This document shows, piece after piece, positions 49,593-59,655 of a DNA stretch of 64,000 nt. The DNA is from an uncultured Acidobacteriota bacterium (lineage in GTDB: Bacteria; Acidobacteriota; Thermoanaerobaculia; Gp7-AA8), in NCBI GenBank assembly GCA_963741955.1, contig CAVUKB010000010.1, forward strand, positions 256,001 through 320,000, in the 5' to 3' direction. Below the pieces are notes generated by a model that ran no database searches, had not been told where the DNA came from, and saw nothing but the letters and a program-made list of their open reading frames with translations. Numbering within the stretch: the stretch's first letter is position 1; each line of letters starts with the position of its first letter. Made by a program: the position numbers and the translations under genes.

Positions 49593-50076
49593 GTGCCCGC
49601 TGCAATCCGATCCGCACCAATTTCTTGGCGTAGCCCGGAGTCGTCCCGAGAACCTGTGCGATCTCCTCTATCGTACATCCTTCGAGATAGTGGAGACGAA
49701 GGGCTTCTCCGTACTTTCCGCTGGCCTGATCCAGCGCTTCGCGTACGGCGACCCGGTTGTCGAGCACGTCCGCGGAAACCGGACACGGCATCTCCTGGTA
49801 ATCTTCAGGAAGCGTCTCGAGCCGGCCCTGGGAGCGCCAGTACTTTCGACTCGCGTTGCACGCCGCACCGATCAGCCACGCTCGAGCGTCACCGATCTCG
49901 CCGACGGACATCGCATACGACATCAGGACTTCCTGGACCAGGACCTCGGCGTCCATGGTCGGAATCCGGAACTTCCGTTCACAGACCGCGACCAGTGCAT
50001 CGAAGTACTCGAGATACACCGATTCCCAAAGGTCTTCTCGGCTCGCCGATTCGGGGAGTGTCGTTACCGTCGCCAT
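49582..50076 (-). CDS. ECF sigma factor
   Basis: AEVLVQEVL, RAWLIGAACN (region 2); LHYLEGCTIEEIAQVLG (region 4). Confidence 0.88.
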   Translation of the reverse strand: MATVTTLPESASREDLWESVYLEYFDALVAVCERKFRIPTMDAEVLVQEVLMSYAMSVGEIGDARAWLIGAACNASRKYWRSQGRLETLPEDYQEMPCPVSADVLDNRVAVREALDQASGKYGEALRLHYLEGCTIEEIAQVLGTTPGYAKKLVRIGLQRAHGG

Positions 50077-50221
50077 GCATCTCGTCCGGGTCTGCTTTGG
50101 CAGAGCTTAGCACTCCCGGTCTACTGCCGTAATTCTTTCCCGAAACGAATTTGATACGCAGGGTGCTGTTTTGCCTCGCTGGTGGAACTCCTAGACAGAA
50201 GGGTTTGGAATCGGAGACATC

Positions 50222-50548
50222 GTGAGAGGACAGAAACGAACCAACGACGGGTGGTCGGTCCGTGACCGGCAAAGGCAGCGGCCGGAGAGTCGCAACCGGG
50301 CTGGTCCGGAACGTCGCGACTTCGACCAGAGTCTCCGGAACCTGCTGCGCTTCCACGTACTCATCCACGTGTTCGGCGGCGACGCGCGGAAATGGCTGGA
50401 GTATCTGGAGAGCCGCGGAACCCTGCGCCAGCGGAGGGACGACGTTCCCTTCGTCCGCGTCCTCTGCCATCAGATCGAGCGGAACCCGGGGGTTCTCGAT
50501 GGAATCCGGCTGGTCGTCGCGAACACCGTCCCCCCGGCCGCCGGGTGA
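50222..50548 (+). CDS. Hypothetical protein divergent from the ECF sigma
   Basis: GGAG RBS, GTG start, 108 aa. Confidence 0.5.
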   Translation: MRGQKRTNDGWSVRDRQRQRPESRNRAGPERRDFDQSLRNLLRFHVLIHVFGGDARKWLEYLESRGTLRQRRDDVPFVRVLCHQIERNPGVLDGIRLVVANTVPPAAG

Positions 50549-50666
50549 GAGAGGAGAAGACTTCCGCAATCCGACGACTCTCGCAAATCGTTTCTTCTCC
50601 TCCCTCACGATAGAATCCTCCGGCGCCGGCCGGTTGGCCCGGCCGATCCGTTCGTAAGGAGATCCG

Positions 50667-51737
50667 ATGTCCGAAAGCGCCCCCGCGTGGAAACTCCAGT
50701 TCGCAAGCGACAACACCGCACCGATCTCACCCGAAGCGCTCGACGCGCTGTACCGCGCCAATGAGGAACCGCGTTTCACTCTCGGTTACGGCGATGATCC
50801 GGTCACCCGCAAAGCCGTGAGTCTGATCCGCGATCTCTTCGAGACGGATTGCGAGGTCTTCTTCGTCTTCAACGGTTCCGCCGCGAACTCGCTCGCGCTC
50901 GCGTCGATCTGCAGCTCGTACCACGGAGCTCTCTGTCATCCCTTCTCGCATGCGGATACGGACGAAGCGAACATGCCGGAGTTCTTCACCGGAGGGGCGA
51001 AACTGATCCACGTGGACGGTCCTGCCGGAAAGATCGATCCCGCGAAAATTCCTCCGATGCTGGAGCGCGGCCATGGAATCCACTCCGCGAAGATCCGCGC
51101 GGTGACGCTCACCCAGGCGACGGAAGTCGCGGCAGTGTACACGCCCGAGGAGATCCGAGCGGTGACCGCGGTGCGGAACGTGAAGGGATGCGAAGACTTC
51201 CGCTTCCACATGGACGGCGCGCGCTTCGCGAATGCACTCGCGTTCCTCGGCGACGGCGTGACGCCCGCCGATCTGAGCTGGAAAGCGGGGATCGATGTCC
51301 TCTCTTTCGGTGGTGCGAAGAACGGACTTCCCGCGACCGAGGCGCTGCTCTTCTTCGACCGCGACCTCGCACGCGATTTCGAGTGGAGGCGGAAGCAGAG
51401 TGGCCAGCTCTCGTCGAAGATGCGCTATCAGGCCGCGCCGTGGATCGGGGTGATCGAGAGCGGTGCCTGGCTCGAGAACGCGAAACGGGCAAACGCGTGC
51501 GCGAAGAAACTCGGCGACGCGCTGGCGGCGCTTCCCGGAGTCGAGCTGCGCTTCCCGGTGGAGGCGAACGGTGTCTTCGTCCGCATGCCGGAACGAGTCG
51601 TCGACGGTCTGTACGAGCGAGGATGGCATTTCTATCCCTTCAGCGTGGTCGGCGCGTGGAGGCTGATGTGCAACTGGGCGACGTCCGATGAAGCCGTGGA
51701 GGCATTCGTCGCAGACGTGAAAGAGCTGCTCGGCTGA
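50667..51737 (+). CDS. ltaE: Low-specificity L-threonine aldolase
   Basis: FASDN, YGDD, FNGSAANSLAL, HMDGARFANA, SFGGAKNG. Confidence 0.9.
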   Translation: MSESAPAWKLQFASDNTAPISPEALDALYRANEEPRFTLGYGDDPVTRKAVSLIRDLFETDCEVFFVFNGSAANSLALASICSSYHGALCHPFSHADTDEANMPEFFTGGAKLIHVDGPAGKIDPAKIPPMLERGHGIHSAKIRAVTLTQATEVAAVYTPEEIRAVTAVRNVKGCEDFRFHMDGARFANALAFLGDGVTPADLSWKAGIDVLSFGGAKNGLPATEALLFFDRDLARDFEWRRKQSGQLSSKMRYQAAPWIGVIESGAWLENAKRANACAKKLGDALAALPGVELRFPVEANGVFVRMPERVVDGLYERGWHFYPFSVVGAWRLMCNWATSDEAVEAFVADVKELLG

Positions 51738-51874
51738 TCTCGTCGAAAATCCGTCGCCCTCGTCGTCCGATGGCAGTGCGACCTCCGGTGTCGAGAACCT
51801 GGTACTCTCGACTCTTCCAGGTCCGAAATTCGAGATCTCCGCTATTCTGATCATGATTTCGGAGCCGATCCGCG

Positions 51875-53905
51875 ATGACGATCACAGCCTGCCCACGGAA
51901 CTGCTACTCGACCTGCTCGATGGATGTGACGGTCGAGGGGGGAAGGCTCGTGCGAATCGACCCGGTCGCGGCGAATCGAGCGACGCCCGAGGGCCCGTGC
52001 GTGAAAGGGCTGGCGTATGTCGAACGGGCGCATTCGCCGCAGCGAGTGGTCCGGCCGATGCGGCGGCGGAGTGACGGCTCGTTCGAGCCGTTCTCCTGGA
52101 CCGAGGCGATCGACCTCATCGCGTCGAATCTCGAGCGGCTCCGCGAGAAGCACGGTCCTCAGACGGTCCTCTACTACAGCGGAAGTGGCACCAAGGGACT
52201 CCTCAACGGATGCGGGCTCGCGTTCTGGCGTCTTTTCGGCGGCTGCACCACGACGTACGGCGATCTCTGCTGGCCCGCGGGGCTCGAGGCAACCCGTCTG
52301 ACGCTCGGGGCGAATTCGCACAATGCTCCGTGGGATCTCGAGAACGCTCGCCTCATCGTGATGTGGGGTAAGAATCCCGCCGAGACGAACATCCATCAAA
52401 TGCCGCACATCGAGCGGGCGATCGAGGAGGGAGCGAAGCTCGTGGTGATCGACCCGCGCCGCACGGAAACCGCGGAACGGGCGGATCTTCTCGCGCAGCT
52501 CCGTCCCGGCACCGACGGCGCGCTGGCCCTCGCAATCGGGCACGTCCTTCTTCGCGAGCGCCTGATCGACCGCGAGTTCATCGCCGCGCACGTCGAGGGA
52601 TTCGACCGGTATGCGGAGATGGTTCGCGAGTGGACGCCGGAGAGGGTGGCGGAGATCACCGAGCTCCCCGAGCCGAAGATCGAGTCGATCGCGAAACTGA
52701 TCGGAACGATCCGTCCGGTGACGATCGTTCCCGGCTTCGGGATGCAGCGCTACACGAACTCGGGACAGTCGATGCGGGCGATGCTCGCGCTTCTCGCGAT
52801 CACCGGAAACATCGGCAAGCCGGGCGCGGGATGGATGTACGCGAACCTGCAGACGCAGGTGTTCTCGAGCGTGAAGGACCCGGTCGATTTCTATCCACCC
52901 GAGCATCCGGACGGAGTGGTCCGCGTGTCGATCTCCACCGCACGGCTCGGCCGCGACATGCTGCGCACCACCGATCCACCGCTCACGTTCGCCTGGGTGG
53001 AGCGCGGCAATCCGATTCCGCAGAATCCCGAGACGAACCGCGTGATCGAAGCGTTCCGCGGGCTCGAGTTCCGCGTAGTCGTCGAAGAGTTCATGACCGA
53101 CACTGCGCGTGAAGCCGACGTCGTTCTCCCGGCGAAGAACTTCTTCGAGCAGTCCGACGTGATCGGCGCGTACTGGCATCCATATCTCCATCTCCGGCAG
53201 AAGGTCCTGGAGCCGCCACCGGAGGTGAAGCCGGAGACGGAGATCTACCGCGCTCTCGGGCGGCGTCTCGGCATCGACGAAGCGAAGCTCTCCGCTGCGC
53301 TTCCCGGTCCGTCGGATGCGAGCATCGAGGCGTGGCTCGGCGCGAAGCTCTCGCCGCTGGGGATCACTCTCGACCGACTGCGCGAAGGGCCGCTCCTGTC
53401 GCTCGAGTTCGAAGAGATCGCATTCCACGATCTCCGGTTTCCGACCCGATCGGGAAAGATCGAGCTGCGGAGCGATGAGGCGCGCGAACGCTGGGGGGTC
53501 GACGAGCTGCCGCTCTGGCACGAAGCGGACGAGCGTCCACGGCGCGGCGGGAAGTATCCACTGCACATCCTCACTCCGAATACGAAGAACCGGATTCACA
53601 GCCAGTTCGGGAATCTCGACACCATCCGCCGGATGGATCCCGAGCCGTTCGTCGCGATGCATCCGTCCGATGCGCGCGACCGCGACCTCGGCGAAGGTCA
53701 GCGGGCGCGGATCTTCAACGACCGTGGCGCGCTCGAAGTTCCGGTCCGCTTCGATTGGGGTCTCAAGCGCGGCTGCATCACCGTCACGAACGGATGGTGG
53801 ATTGAGCAGGGGGGCGCGGTGAACGTCCTCTCCATGGGGCGGGAGACCGACATGGGACACGGCGCGGCGTTCCACGACAACGCAGTCGAGGTCGAACGGG
53901 CGTGA
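51875..53905 (+). CDS. Molybdopterin (bis-MGD) oxidoreductase catalytic subunit
   Basis: CPRNCYSTC..C Fe-S site, WGKNPAET, IDPRRTETA, RPGTDGALA, TDTAREADVVLPA, IHSQF; no Tat signal. Confidence 0.92.
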   Translation: MTITACPRNCYSTCSMDVTVEGGRLVRIDPVAANRATPEGPCVKGLAYVERAHSPQRVVRPMRRRSDGSFEPFSWTEAIDLIASNLERLREKHGPQTVLYYSGSGTKGLLNGCGLAFWRLFGGCTTTYGDLCWPAGLEATRLTLGANSHNAPWDLENARLIVMWGKNPAETNIHQMPHIERAIEEGAKLVVIDPRRTETAERADLLAQLRPGTDGALALAIGHVLLRERLIDREFIAAHVEGFDRYAEMVREWTPERVAEITELPEPKIESIAKLIGTIRPVTIVPGFGMQRYTNSGQSMRAMLALLAITGNIGKPGAGWMYANLQTQVFSSVKDPVDFYPPEHPDGVVRVSISTARLGRDMLRTTDPPLTFAWVERGNPIPQNPETNRVIEAFRGLEFRVVVEEFMTDTAREADVVLPAKNFFEQSDVIGAYWHPYLHLRQKVLEPPPEVKPETEIYRALGRRLGIDEAKLSAALPGPSDASIEAWLGAKLSPLGITLDRLREGPLLSLEFEEIAFHDLRFPTRSGKIELRSDEARERWGVDELPLWHEADERPRRGGKYPLHILTPNTKNRIHSQFGNLDTIRRMDPEPFVAMHPSDARDRDLGEGQRARIFNDRGALEVPVRFDWGLKRGCITVTNGWWIEQGGAVNVLSMGRETDMGHGAAFHDNAVEVERA

Positions 53906-55290
53906 GTGGACCGAGAATCGTTCGGTCCATCGAAACGGGGCCGTTGGGGGTCAGAGCTGCATTTTCATTCGACCCGGACCGCTGTACTGCGTGTGAAGCA
54001 TGCAGGGTGGCGTGCGGAATCGAGAACGGAGAAGGGCGCGACACCGGCTGGCGCAGCCTCTCCACATTCAACGCGGCGCGCCATCCCGCACTGCCGGTGC
54101 TCAACCTGACCCTGGCGTGCAACCACTGCGACACGCCGGTCTGTGCGCTCGGCTGTCCCGCAGACGCATACCATCGAGACCCGCAGAGCGCAGCGGTGAT
54201 CCTCGACGGATCGAAGTGTATCGGCTGCCACTACTGCTCCTGGCTTTGTCCGTACGACGCGCCGAAGTTCGACGAAGACGAAGGAGTGATGTCGAAGTGC
54301 ACGTTCTGTTCGCCGCGTCTCGCCGCGGGAGGGGAGCCCGCGTGCACTCAGGCCTGTCCGACCGGCGCACTTTCACTCGGCAGCCGTCTGCCGGGCGAGC
54401 CCGAGCCCGATCTCGCCGGGCTCGGCCGCTTCGGACTCGGCCCTGCACTCTCGATCACTCCGCCGCGCGCGCGCATCCCGGTCGATGCAGCGGAGGATGA
54501 TGAGCCGCCTCCTTCGCCCTCGCTCCCTCCGCGGAAGATCGACGTCGGGCGGGAATGGGCGCTCCTGCTCTTCACGACGATCATGCCGGCGCTCGTCGCC
54601 TGGCTCGGCGCGGGACTCCTGGTTCCGGCGCATTCTCCGGGGGCATTCGCGTTCGTCACCCTCGGCGGCGCGGCGCTCGTTCTTTCCACGCTCCACCTCG
54701 GAAAGCCGCTTCGCGCCTGGCGCGCAGTGCTGAACGTCCGTACGTCGTGGCTGAGCCGGGAGATCGTCTTCGCGAATCTCTTCCTCCTTCTCGGAGCGGT
54801 CTGGCTCTCGTTTCCGCGTTTCGGTGTCGCGGTGGGATGGGCGGCGTTCGCGTGCGGCGTCGCGCTCGCATGGTCGATCGATCACGTCTATCGCGCGATT
54901 CCGCGCGATGAGCCGATGCCATTTCACAGTGCAGAGACGATGCTGGGGGTGGTTCTTCTTTTCGGGATCGCGGCCGGTGCGCGGATCGTCGCATGGCCCG
55001 CTGCGGCGCTGATCGTCGCGCTCTTCGTCTTTCGCAAAGCCTCGGCCGCGACACGAACGCCGGACGAATGGGTGTTCGCGTTCGCGCGGATCGCACTTCT
55101 CGTTACGGCGGTGATCATTCTTCGATGGCCCGAAGCGTTCGCAATGGGGGTCGCTTCGTTCGCCCTCGACCGGCTCGATTTCTACGACGAGCTCGAGCCC
55201 ACAACACCTCTGCGGCGCATGGCTCGCAGAATGGTGATCTCCACGCCGGCGAAGGCGGCCCCGTCCGTTGTCCGTCGTTCCATCTTGTGA
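53902..55290 (+). CDS. Fused DmsB-like 4x[4Fe-4S] subunit + DmsC-like membrane anchor
   Basis: CTACEAC, CNHC, CIGCHYC, CTFC; EWALLLFT, HLGKPLRAWRA, SWLSRE. Confidence 0.88.
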   Translation: MSGPRIVRSIETGPLGVRAAFSFDPDRCTACEACRVACGIENGEGRDTGWRSLSTFNAARHPALPVLNLTLACNHCDTPVCALGCPADAYHRDPQSAAVILDGSKCIGCHYCSWLCPYDAPKFDEDEGVMSKCTFCSPRLAAGGEPACTQACPTGALSLGSRLPGEPEPDLAGLGRFGLGPALSITPPRARIPVDAAEDDEPPPSPSLPPRKIDVGREWALLLFTTIMPALVAWLGAGLLVPAHSPGAFAFVTLGGAALVLSTLHLGKPLRAWRAVLNVRTSWLSREIVFANLFLLLGAVWLSFPRFGVAVGWAAFACGVALAWSIDHVYRAIPRDEPMPFHSAETMLGVVLLFGIAAGARIVAWPAAALIVALFVFRKASAATRTPDEWVFAFARIALLVTAVIILRWPEAFAMGVASFALDRLDFYDELEPTTPLRRMARRMVISTPAKAAPSVVRRSIL

Positions 55291-55365
55291 TCGGGCTCAC
55301 GGCGTCGCAGAATTGGTGACGGCATCATCATCGGGCGCTATTGAACCTGGATCGGAGGTCTACCC

Positions 55366-56373
55366 ATGAGAATCGCGCGTTCGTTCATCACAGCAGTCAT
55401 CGTCGTCGCTCTTGCCGCGCCTGCGGCATTCGCCGGGGCGACGGTCGGACAGCACACGAAATTCGGCTTCGGCGGCACCATCGGCCGGATGGTCAACCTC
55501 TTCGGCGGGAAGGCCGCGAAAGAAGGTGTCGACTCGATCTCCGTCGTGAACGGGGATCGCCGGAACCACATCGTCGGCGAGAGCGGCGAGCTGGTCGATC
55601 TGAAGGAAGAGAAGATCTACCGGATCAACTACGCCCGGAAGACGTACACCGTCACCACGTTCGACGAGCTGCGGAAGCAGTGGGAGGACGCTCAGAAGCA
55701 GGCGGAGAAAGAGAGCGGCAACGCGGAAGAAGAAAAGCCGCAGGAGAAGGGACCGGAGTACACGGTCGACGTCGATGTGAAAGAGACCGGGAAGAAAGAA
55801 GTGATCAACGGCTTCCACACCCATCAGGTGATCGTGACGACTACGGTTCGCGAGAAGGGGAAGACGCTCGAGCAGGCCGGCGGCGGGGTGCTGACCTCGG
55901 ATCTCTGGATCGGTCCGCACGTTTCCGAGATGAAGGAGCTTCAGTCATTCGAGCAGCGCTACGCGTCGAAGCTCTACGGCCAGATGGTTTCCGGGATGGA
56001 CATGCAGGCGCTGGCACGCGTCTTTGCGTCTGCCCCGCAGTTCTCCGAGGCGATGAAGAAGTTTCAGGAGAAGGAAGGCGCGCTCGACGGCACTCCGATC
56101 CGCACCACGCTCACGTTCGAATCGGTGGCCGATCCGCGGGCGAAGAAGGAGAACGGCGAGGATGAGTCGGCCGGCCCCTCGGCCGCGGCGGCGCGGATGA
56201 TCGGCGGATTTCTTTCCCGTCATCGCGGGTCGAAGAACGAGGAGTCGGAAGCGAAATCGGAGAACCCGAACCGCTCGATGGTCTTCACGTCGACGAACGT
56301 CCTCACCAGCGCTGAGGGGAGTGCCGACCGGTCGAAGCTGGAGATCCCGGCCGGTTTCCGCCAGGTGAAGTAG
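55366..56373 (+). CDS. Secreted hypothetical protein
   Basis: GGAGG RBS; signal peptide; ETGKKEVINGF, LEIPAGF. Confidence 0.8.
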   Translation: MRIARSFITAVIVVALAAPAAFAGATVGQHTKFGFGGTIGRMVNLFGGKAAKEGVDSISVVNGDRRNHIVGESGELVDLKEEKIYRINYARKTYTVTTFDELRKQWEDAQKQAEKESGNAEEEKPQEKGPEYTVDVDVKETGKKEVINGFHTHQVIVTTTVREKGKTLEQAGGGVLTSDLWIGPHVSEMKELQSFEQRYASKLYGQMVSGMDMQALARVFASAPQFSEAMKKFQEKEGALDGTPIRTTLTFESVADPRAKKENGEDESAGPSAAAARMIGGFLSRHRGSKNEESEAKSENPNRSMVFTSTNVLTSAEGSADRSKLEIPAGFRQVK

Positions 56374-56618
56374 AGAGGGCGTTCCGAAGCTGTTCACTCC
56401 GCGCAGACACCTGGGCTCGTTCTTTCGCGAGAATGGAGCACGGCCAACCGGCGCCCCATCAGCCCGGGACGTGCCCCTGAGGGAGCGGCGAACGTGCCTG
56501 CACGCGGGGGAGGAATCGGGAACCGGCGCGAGAAAAATCGCGGCATCCCGCGAACGGAACGGCCGCGACCCGTGTTCTTTCTGGTATGAGAAGCAGCTGG
56601 ACCGGAGGGCGAGCCGTG

Positions 56619-57206
56619 ATGCAACAGAGTTCGACCGCGGATCTCGCCCTTGCCGTACACCGTCGTGAACCGGGCTCATTCGAGCGTCTCGTCGAGCGCT
56701 TCGAGGCGAGCCTGTTCAACTATGCGCACCGCATCCTGGGCAATCCTTTCGATGCCCAGGAGGTCGTCCAGGACGCGTTTCTCCGTGCGCACGACGCGCT
56801 GACGCGGCGCTACGAATCCAGCCGGGCCGCGGAGCTGGCCCTCCGCCCATGGCTCTTCCGAATTGCCCGGAACCTTTGTTTCAACAAGCGGCGAGGCAGG
56901 AAGACGAAGCTCGACGAGCCGCTCTCGAGCTTCGACGACAGTCGCATCGGGCCGCTCGTCCCGCCGAGCTCGGTGGGCGCGGCCCTCGAGGCGCGTCAGG
57001 AGAAAGAAGCACTCGACCGGGCACTGGCGACGCTTCCCGCCGAAAGTCGTGAGCTGATCATCCTTCGATTCATGGAGGAGATGTCGTATGCCGAGATCTC
57101 GAAGACCCTCGGGGCGGAAGAGACCGTGCTTCGCGGTCGCGTGTTCCGTTCGCTGAAGCTTCTGAGACAAGCGCTCGACCGCAGCGAGGTGACCCATGCA
57201 GTGTAG
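56619..57206 (+). CDS. ECF sigma factor
   Basis: DAQEVVQDAFL, PWLFRIARN, EEMSYAEIS; GGAGG RBS. Confidence 0.92.
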   Translation: MQQSSTADLALAVHRREPGSFERLVERFEASLFNYAHRILGNPFDAQEVVQDAFLRAHDALTRRYESSRAAELALRPWLFRIARNLCFNKRRGRKTKLDEPLSSFDDSRIGPLVPPSSVGAALEARQEKEALDRALATLPAESRELIILRFMEEMSYAEISKTLGAEETVLRGRVFRSLKLLRQALDRSEVTHAV

Positions 57207-58089
57207 ATCCGTGCTGACCCGCATCGACGCTCTCCGCACCGGAGAGCTCGAGAACCGTGAATCCGACGACGTACGCGAGCACCTCGAGGTTTGCACGAGC
57301 TGTCACGAGTCGCTCGACGACGTGGAGGAGTTCGCCGGCGCGATCCGCGGACTGGCGACCCAGCCGTTCCGCTCCTGCCTCTCCGATGTCGCGAAGGCGT
57401 TGACGGATTCATTCTCGCTGGTGCAATCGGGTGATCTTCGGGCATGGGTTGCGTTCTCCGGCCGCGGAATCCGGATGATCGACCTCGGGAGTCCGGACGA
57501 AGAGTCGTTCCGGGGGCGATACGAGCAGCGTTTCGGAAGAGCGCTGCGCGAAGAGGCGCTCAGCGATCGTCAGAGGAGCGCGGTGGAACGCGCGCTCGCC
57601 GGTGAGCCGGGAGAGCTGCCGGAGATCGACCTCGAAGGACTGACGGAGTTCGAACAGAAAGTCCTTCGAACCATCGTCGGCATTCCGCGCGGCGAAGTGC
57701 GCTCGTACGAATGGGTCGCGCGGAAGGCAGGACGCCCCGGCGCAGCGCGCGCGGTGGGGAACATCATGGCTTCCAATCCCGTCCCGCTGCTCCTTCCCTG
57801 CCATCGCGTCGTTCCGGCCGCGGGCGGAATCGGAAAGTACGGCTACGGACCGGAGATGAAGCGGCGGATCCTCGCCGCGGAGCACGCGCCGGTGGCAGAG
57901 ATCGAACGACTGGCGAAGGAGGGGGTCCGGTTCATCGGATCGCGGATCACGAAGATCTTTTGTTGCCCGACCTGTCGCGACGCGCGGCGGATCCGGGAAG
58001 AGAACCGCGTCCTCTTTCACGACGCATCGGAGGCCGAGAGCCATGGATTCCGTCCGTGCAGGCGCTGCACTCCCGTCGCTGCTGCATGA
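57196..58089 (+). CDS. Fusion: ZAS anti-sigma domain + O6-methylguanine-DNA methyltransferase (Ogt) + Ada zinc-binding domain
   Basis: C..HLEVCTSC; IPRGEVRSY, ARAVG, PCHRV; IFCCPTC..GFRPCRRC. Confidence 0.88.
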   Translation: MQCRSVLTRIDALRTGELENRESDDVREHLEVCTSCHESLDDVEEFAGAIRGLATQPFRSCLSDVAKALTDSFSLVQSGDLRAWVAFSGRGIRMIDLGSPDEESFRGRYEQRFGRALREEALSDRQRSAVERALAGEPGELPEIDLEGLTEFEQKVLRTIVGIPRGEVRSYEWVARKAGRPGAARAVGNIMASNPVPLLLPCHRVVPAAGGIGKYGYGPEMKRRILAAEHAPVAEIERLAKEGVRFIGSRITKIFCCPTCRDARRIREENRVLFHDASEAESHGFRPCRRCTPVAAA

Positions 58090-58759
58090 TCCGGCCGTCT
58101 GCTGTGCGGCGGTCGTTCCGAAGTGGTCGATCGACGCGGAGTCGCTTCCGGCGTCCGGCTTCAGCGGCGACTTCTGGATGACCTCCGAATGCGGCGACGC
58201 CCTCTGGTTCGCTGCGGGCGATTTCGCGGGACATGGACTCCAGGCCGCGGTTCCGATGGCGATGCTCCAGGAGGAGATCGAGTGCCTCACCCACGAGGAT
58301 CCCGATGCGCTCGTCGAGTCGATCGTCACCGAGGTCGACCGGGCGCTCAAATCGTTCCTCCCGTCGAATCGATTCGCCACACTCGTCCTCGGGCGGGCGA
58401 CGAATGACGGCGAGATCGAGATCGTGAACGCGGGGCACTGCTACCCGGTGGTCCTTCGGGCGGACGGGTCCCTCGAGTGGATCCCTTCGCATGGGCCGGT
58501 GGTCGGAATCAGCCCGTTCGCCGAGTGGCGATGCGAGCGCATTTCGCTCGATCAGGGAGACCGGCTGATCATCTACTCCGACGGCGTGGTCGAAGCGGAG
58601 GATGCGGCGGGCGAAGAGCTCGGGAGCGAGCGACTCGCGGAGTTCCTCGCTCGTGCGCCCCGGGCGGAGCTGATCGAGACCGTGCTTCGCGAAGTGAAGC
58701 GCTTCACCGGTGGCGTGCGTCGCGACGACGCGACGCTGTTCGTGCTCGCGCGCGAATAG
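58043..58759 (+). CDS. PP2C/SpoIIE-family phosphatase (start uncertain)
   Basis: SGDFW, GDFAGHG, NAGH, YSDGVVEA, DDAT. Confidence 0.82.
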   Translation: MDSVRAGAALPSLLHDPAVCCAAVVPKWSIDAESLPASGFSGDFWMTSECGDALWFAAGDFAGHGLQAAVPMAMLQEEIECLTHEDPDALVESIVTEVDRALKSFLPSNRFATLVLGRATNDGEIEIVNAGHCYPVVLRADGSLEWIPSHGPVVGISPFAEWRCERISLDQGDRLIIYSDGVVEAEDAAGEELGSERLAEFLARAPRAELIETVLREVKRFTGGVRRDDATLFVLARE

Positions 58760-58827
58760 AGCATCCATCCGCCGCTCGAGCCGCCAGGAGGGAGTGGCGA
58801 CGACGATCCTCTTGAAAGGAGCTGATC

Positions 58828-59160
58828 ATGATTCTGCGGATCTGGCACGGATGGACGAATCACGAGAACGCGGATGCGTACCAGCAGACACTGATCGATG
58901 AGGTCTTCCCCGGGATCGCGGCGAAGAACGTCCGCGGTTACCGCGGGATCGAGCTGCTGCGGCGCGATTCGGGTCAGGAAGTCGAGTTCGTGACCATCAT
59001 GCGCTTCGACTCGCTCGACGCCGTGCGTGAGTTCGCGGGGGAGGATTATCGCGTCTCCTACGTGCCGGCCAAGCCGCGTACGCTCCTCTCGCGCTTCGAT
59101 GCACACGCCGCGCATTACGAGCTGTGCCACCAAGGGCAGCCGGCGCCCCGCACGCCGTGA
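58828..59160 (+). CDS. Antibiotic biosynthesis monooxygenase-like (dimeric alpha-beta barrel) protein
   Basis: MILRIWHG, FDSLDAVREFAG; AAGGAG RBS. Confidence 0.82.
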   Translation: MILRIWHGWTNHENADAYQQTLIDEVFPGIAAKNVRGYRGIELLRRDSGQEVEFVTIMRFDSLDAVREFAGEDYRVSYVPAKPRTLLSRFDAHAAHYELCHQGQPAPRTP

Positions 59161-59314
59161 CGAGCGGGCGACGCATCGCATCCGGCGAGCTCGTCGCGCG
59201 GAATTCACGCCCATGAGCTCCGGCGCTCGACGGCGGAATGACTGCACTTCTGCCGAAGGTGTTCTGTACGAGATTCACGACGCCATGGTGGAAGCCGGCG
59301 CAACCCTCGGCAGT

Positions 59315-59405
59315 GATTCGCGTGTGGGGTGCGGATCCTCTGATCCGCCTCGACGATCGTGTTGGCGCGATGTTGACCGAGCCTGTGGCCGCGGGCGGAG
59401 CGTCT
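59315..59405 (+). repeat. Solitary degenerate copy of the 45.4-46.2 kb REP unit
   Basis: GGGGTGCGGATCCTCTGATCCGCC..ATCGTGTT. Confidence 0.65.
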
Positions 59406-59655
59406 GCGGCTTTGCCCTCGATGCCTGAACGACGCCGCCGAAAGCGAGCCCGTACACGACCGAGTCGTCGCCGACTGAAGAGGTTCATTCCGACCGGCGG
59501 AGTGAGATAGCCGAGCTCGAGGTTCGCGAGAGAGATGATGCCGAGGTGGATCGGGTCGATCCCGAACGCGAGAGCGCGTTTTCGCGCTTGTCTTCCTCGC
59601 TGCCTGGCCGTAACTTGGAGTGAATCCCCGGGAACGAGACGATTGGAGGCGGCCG

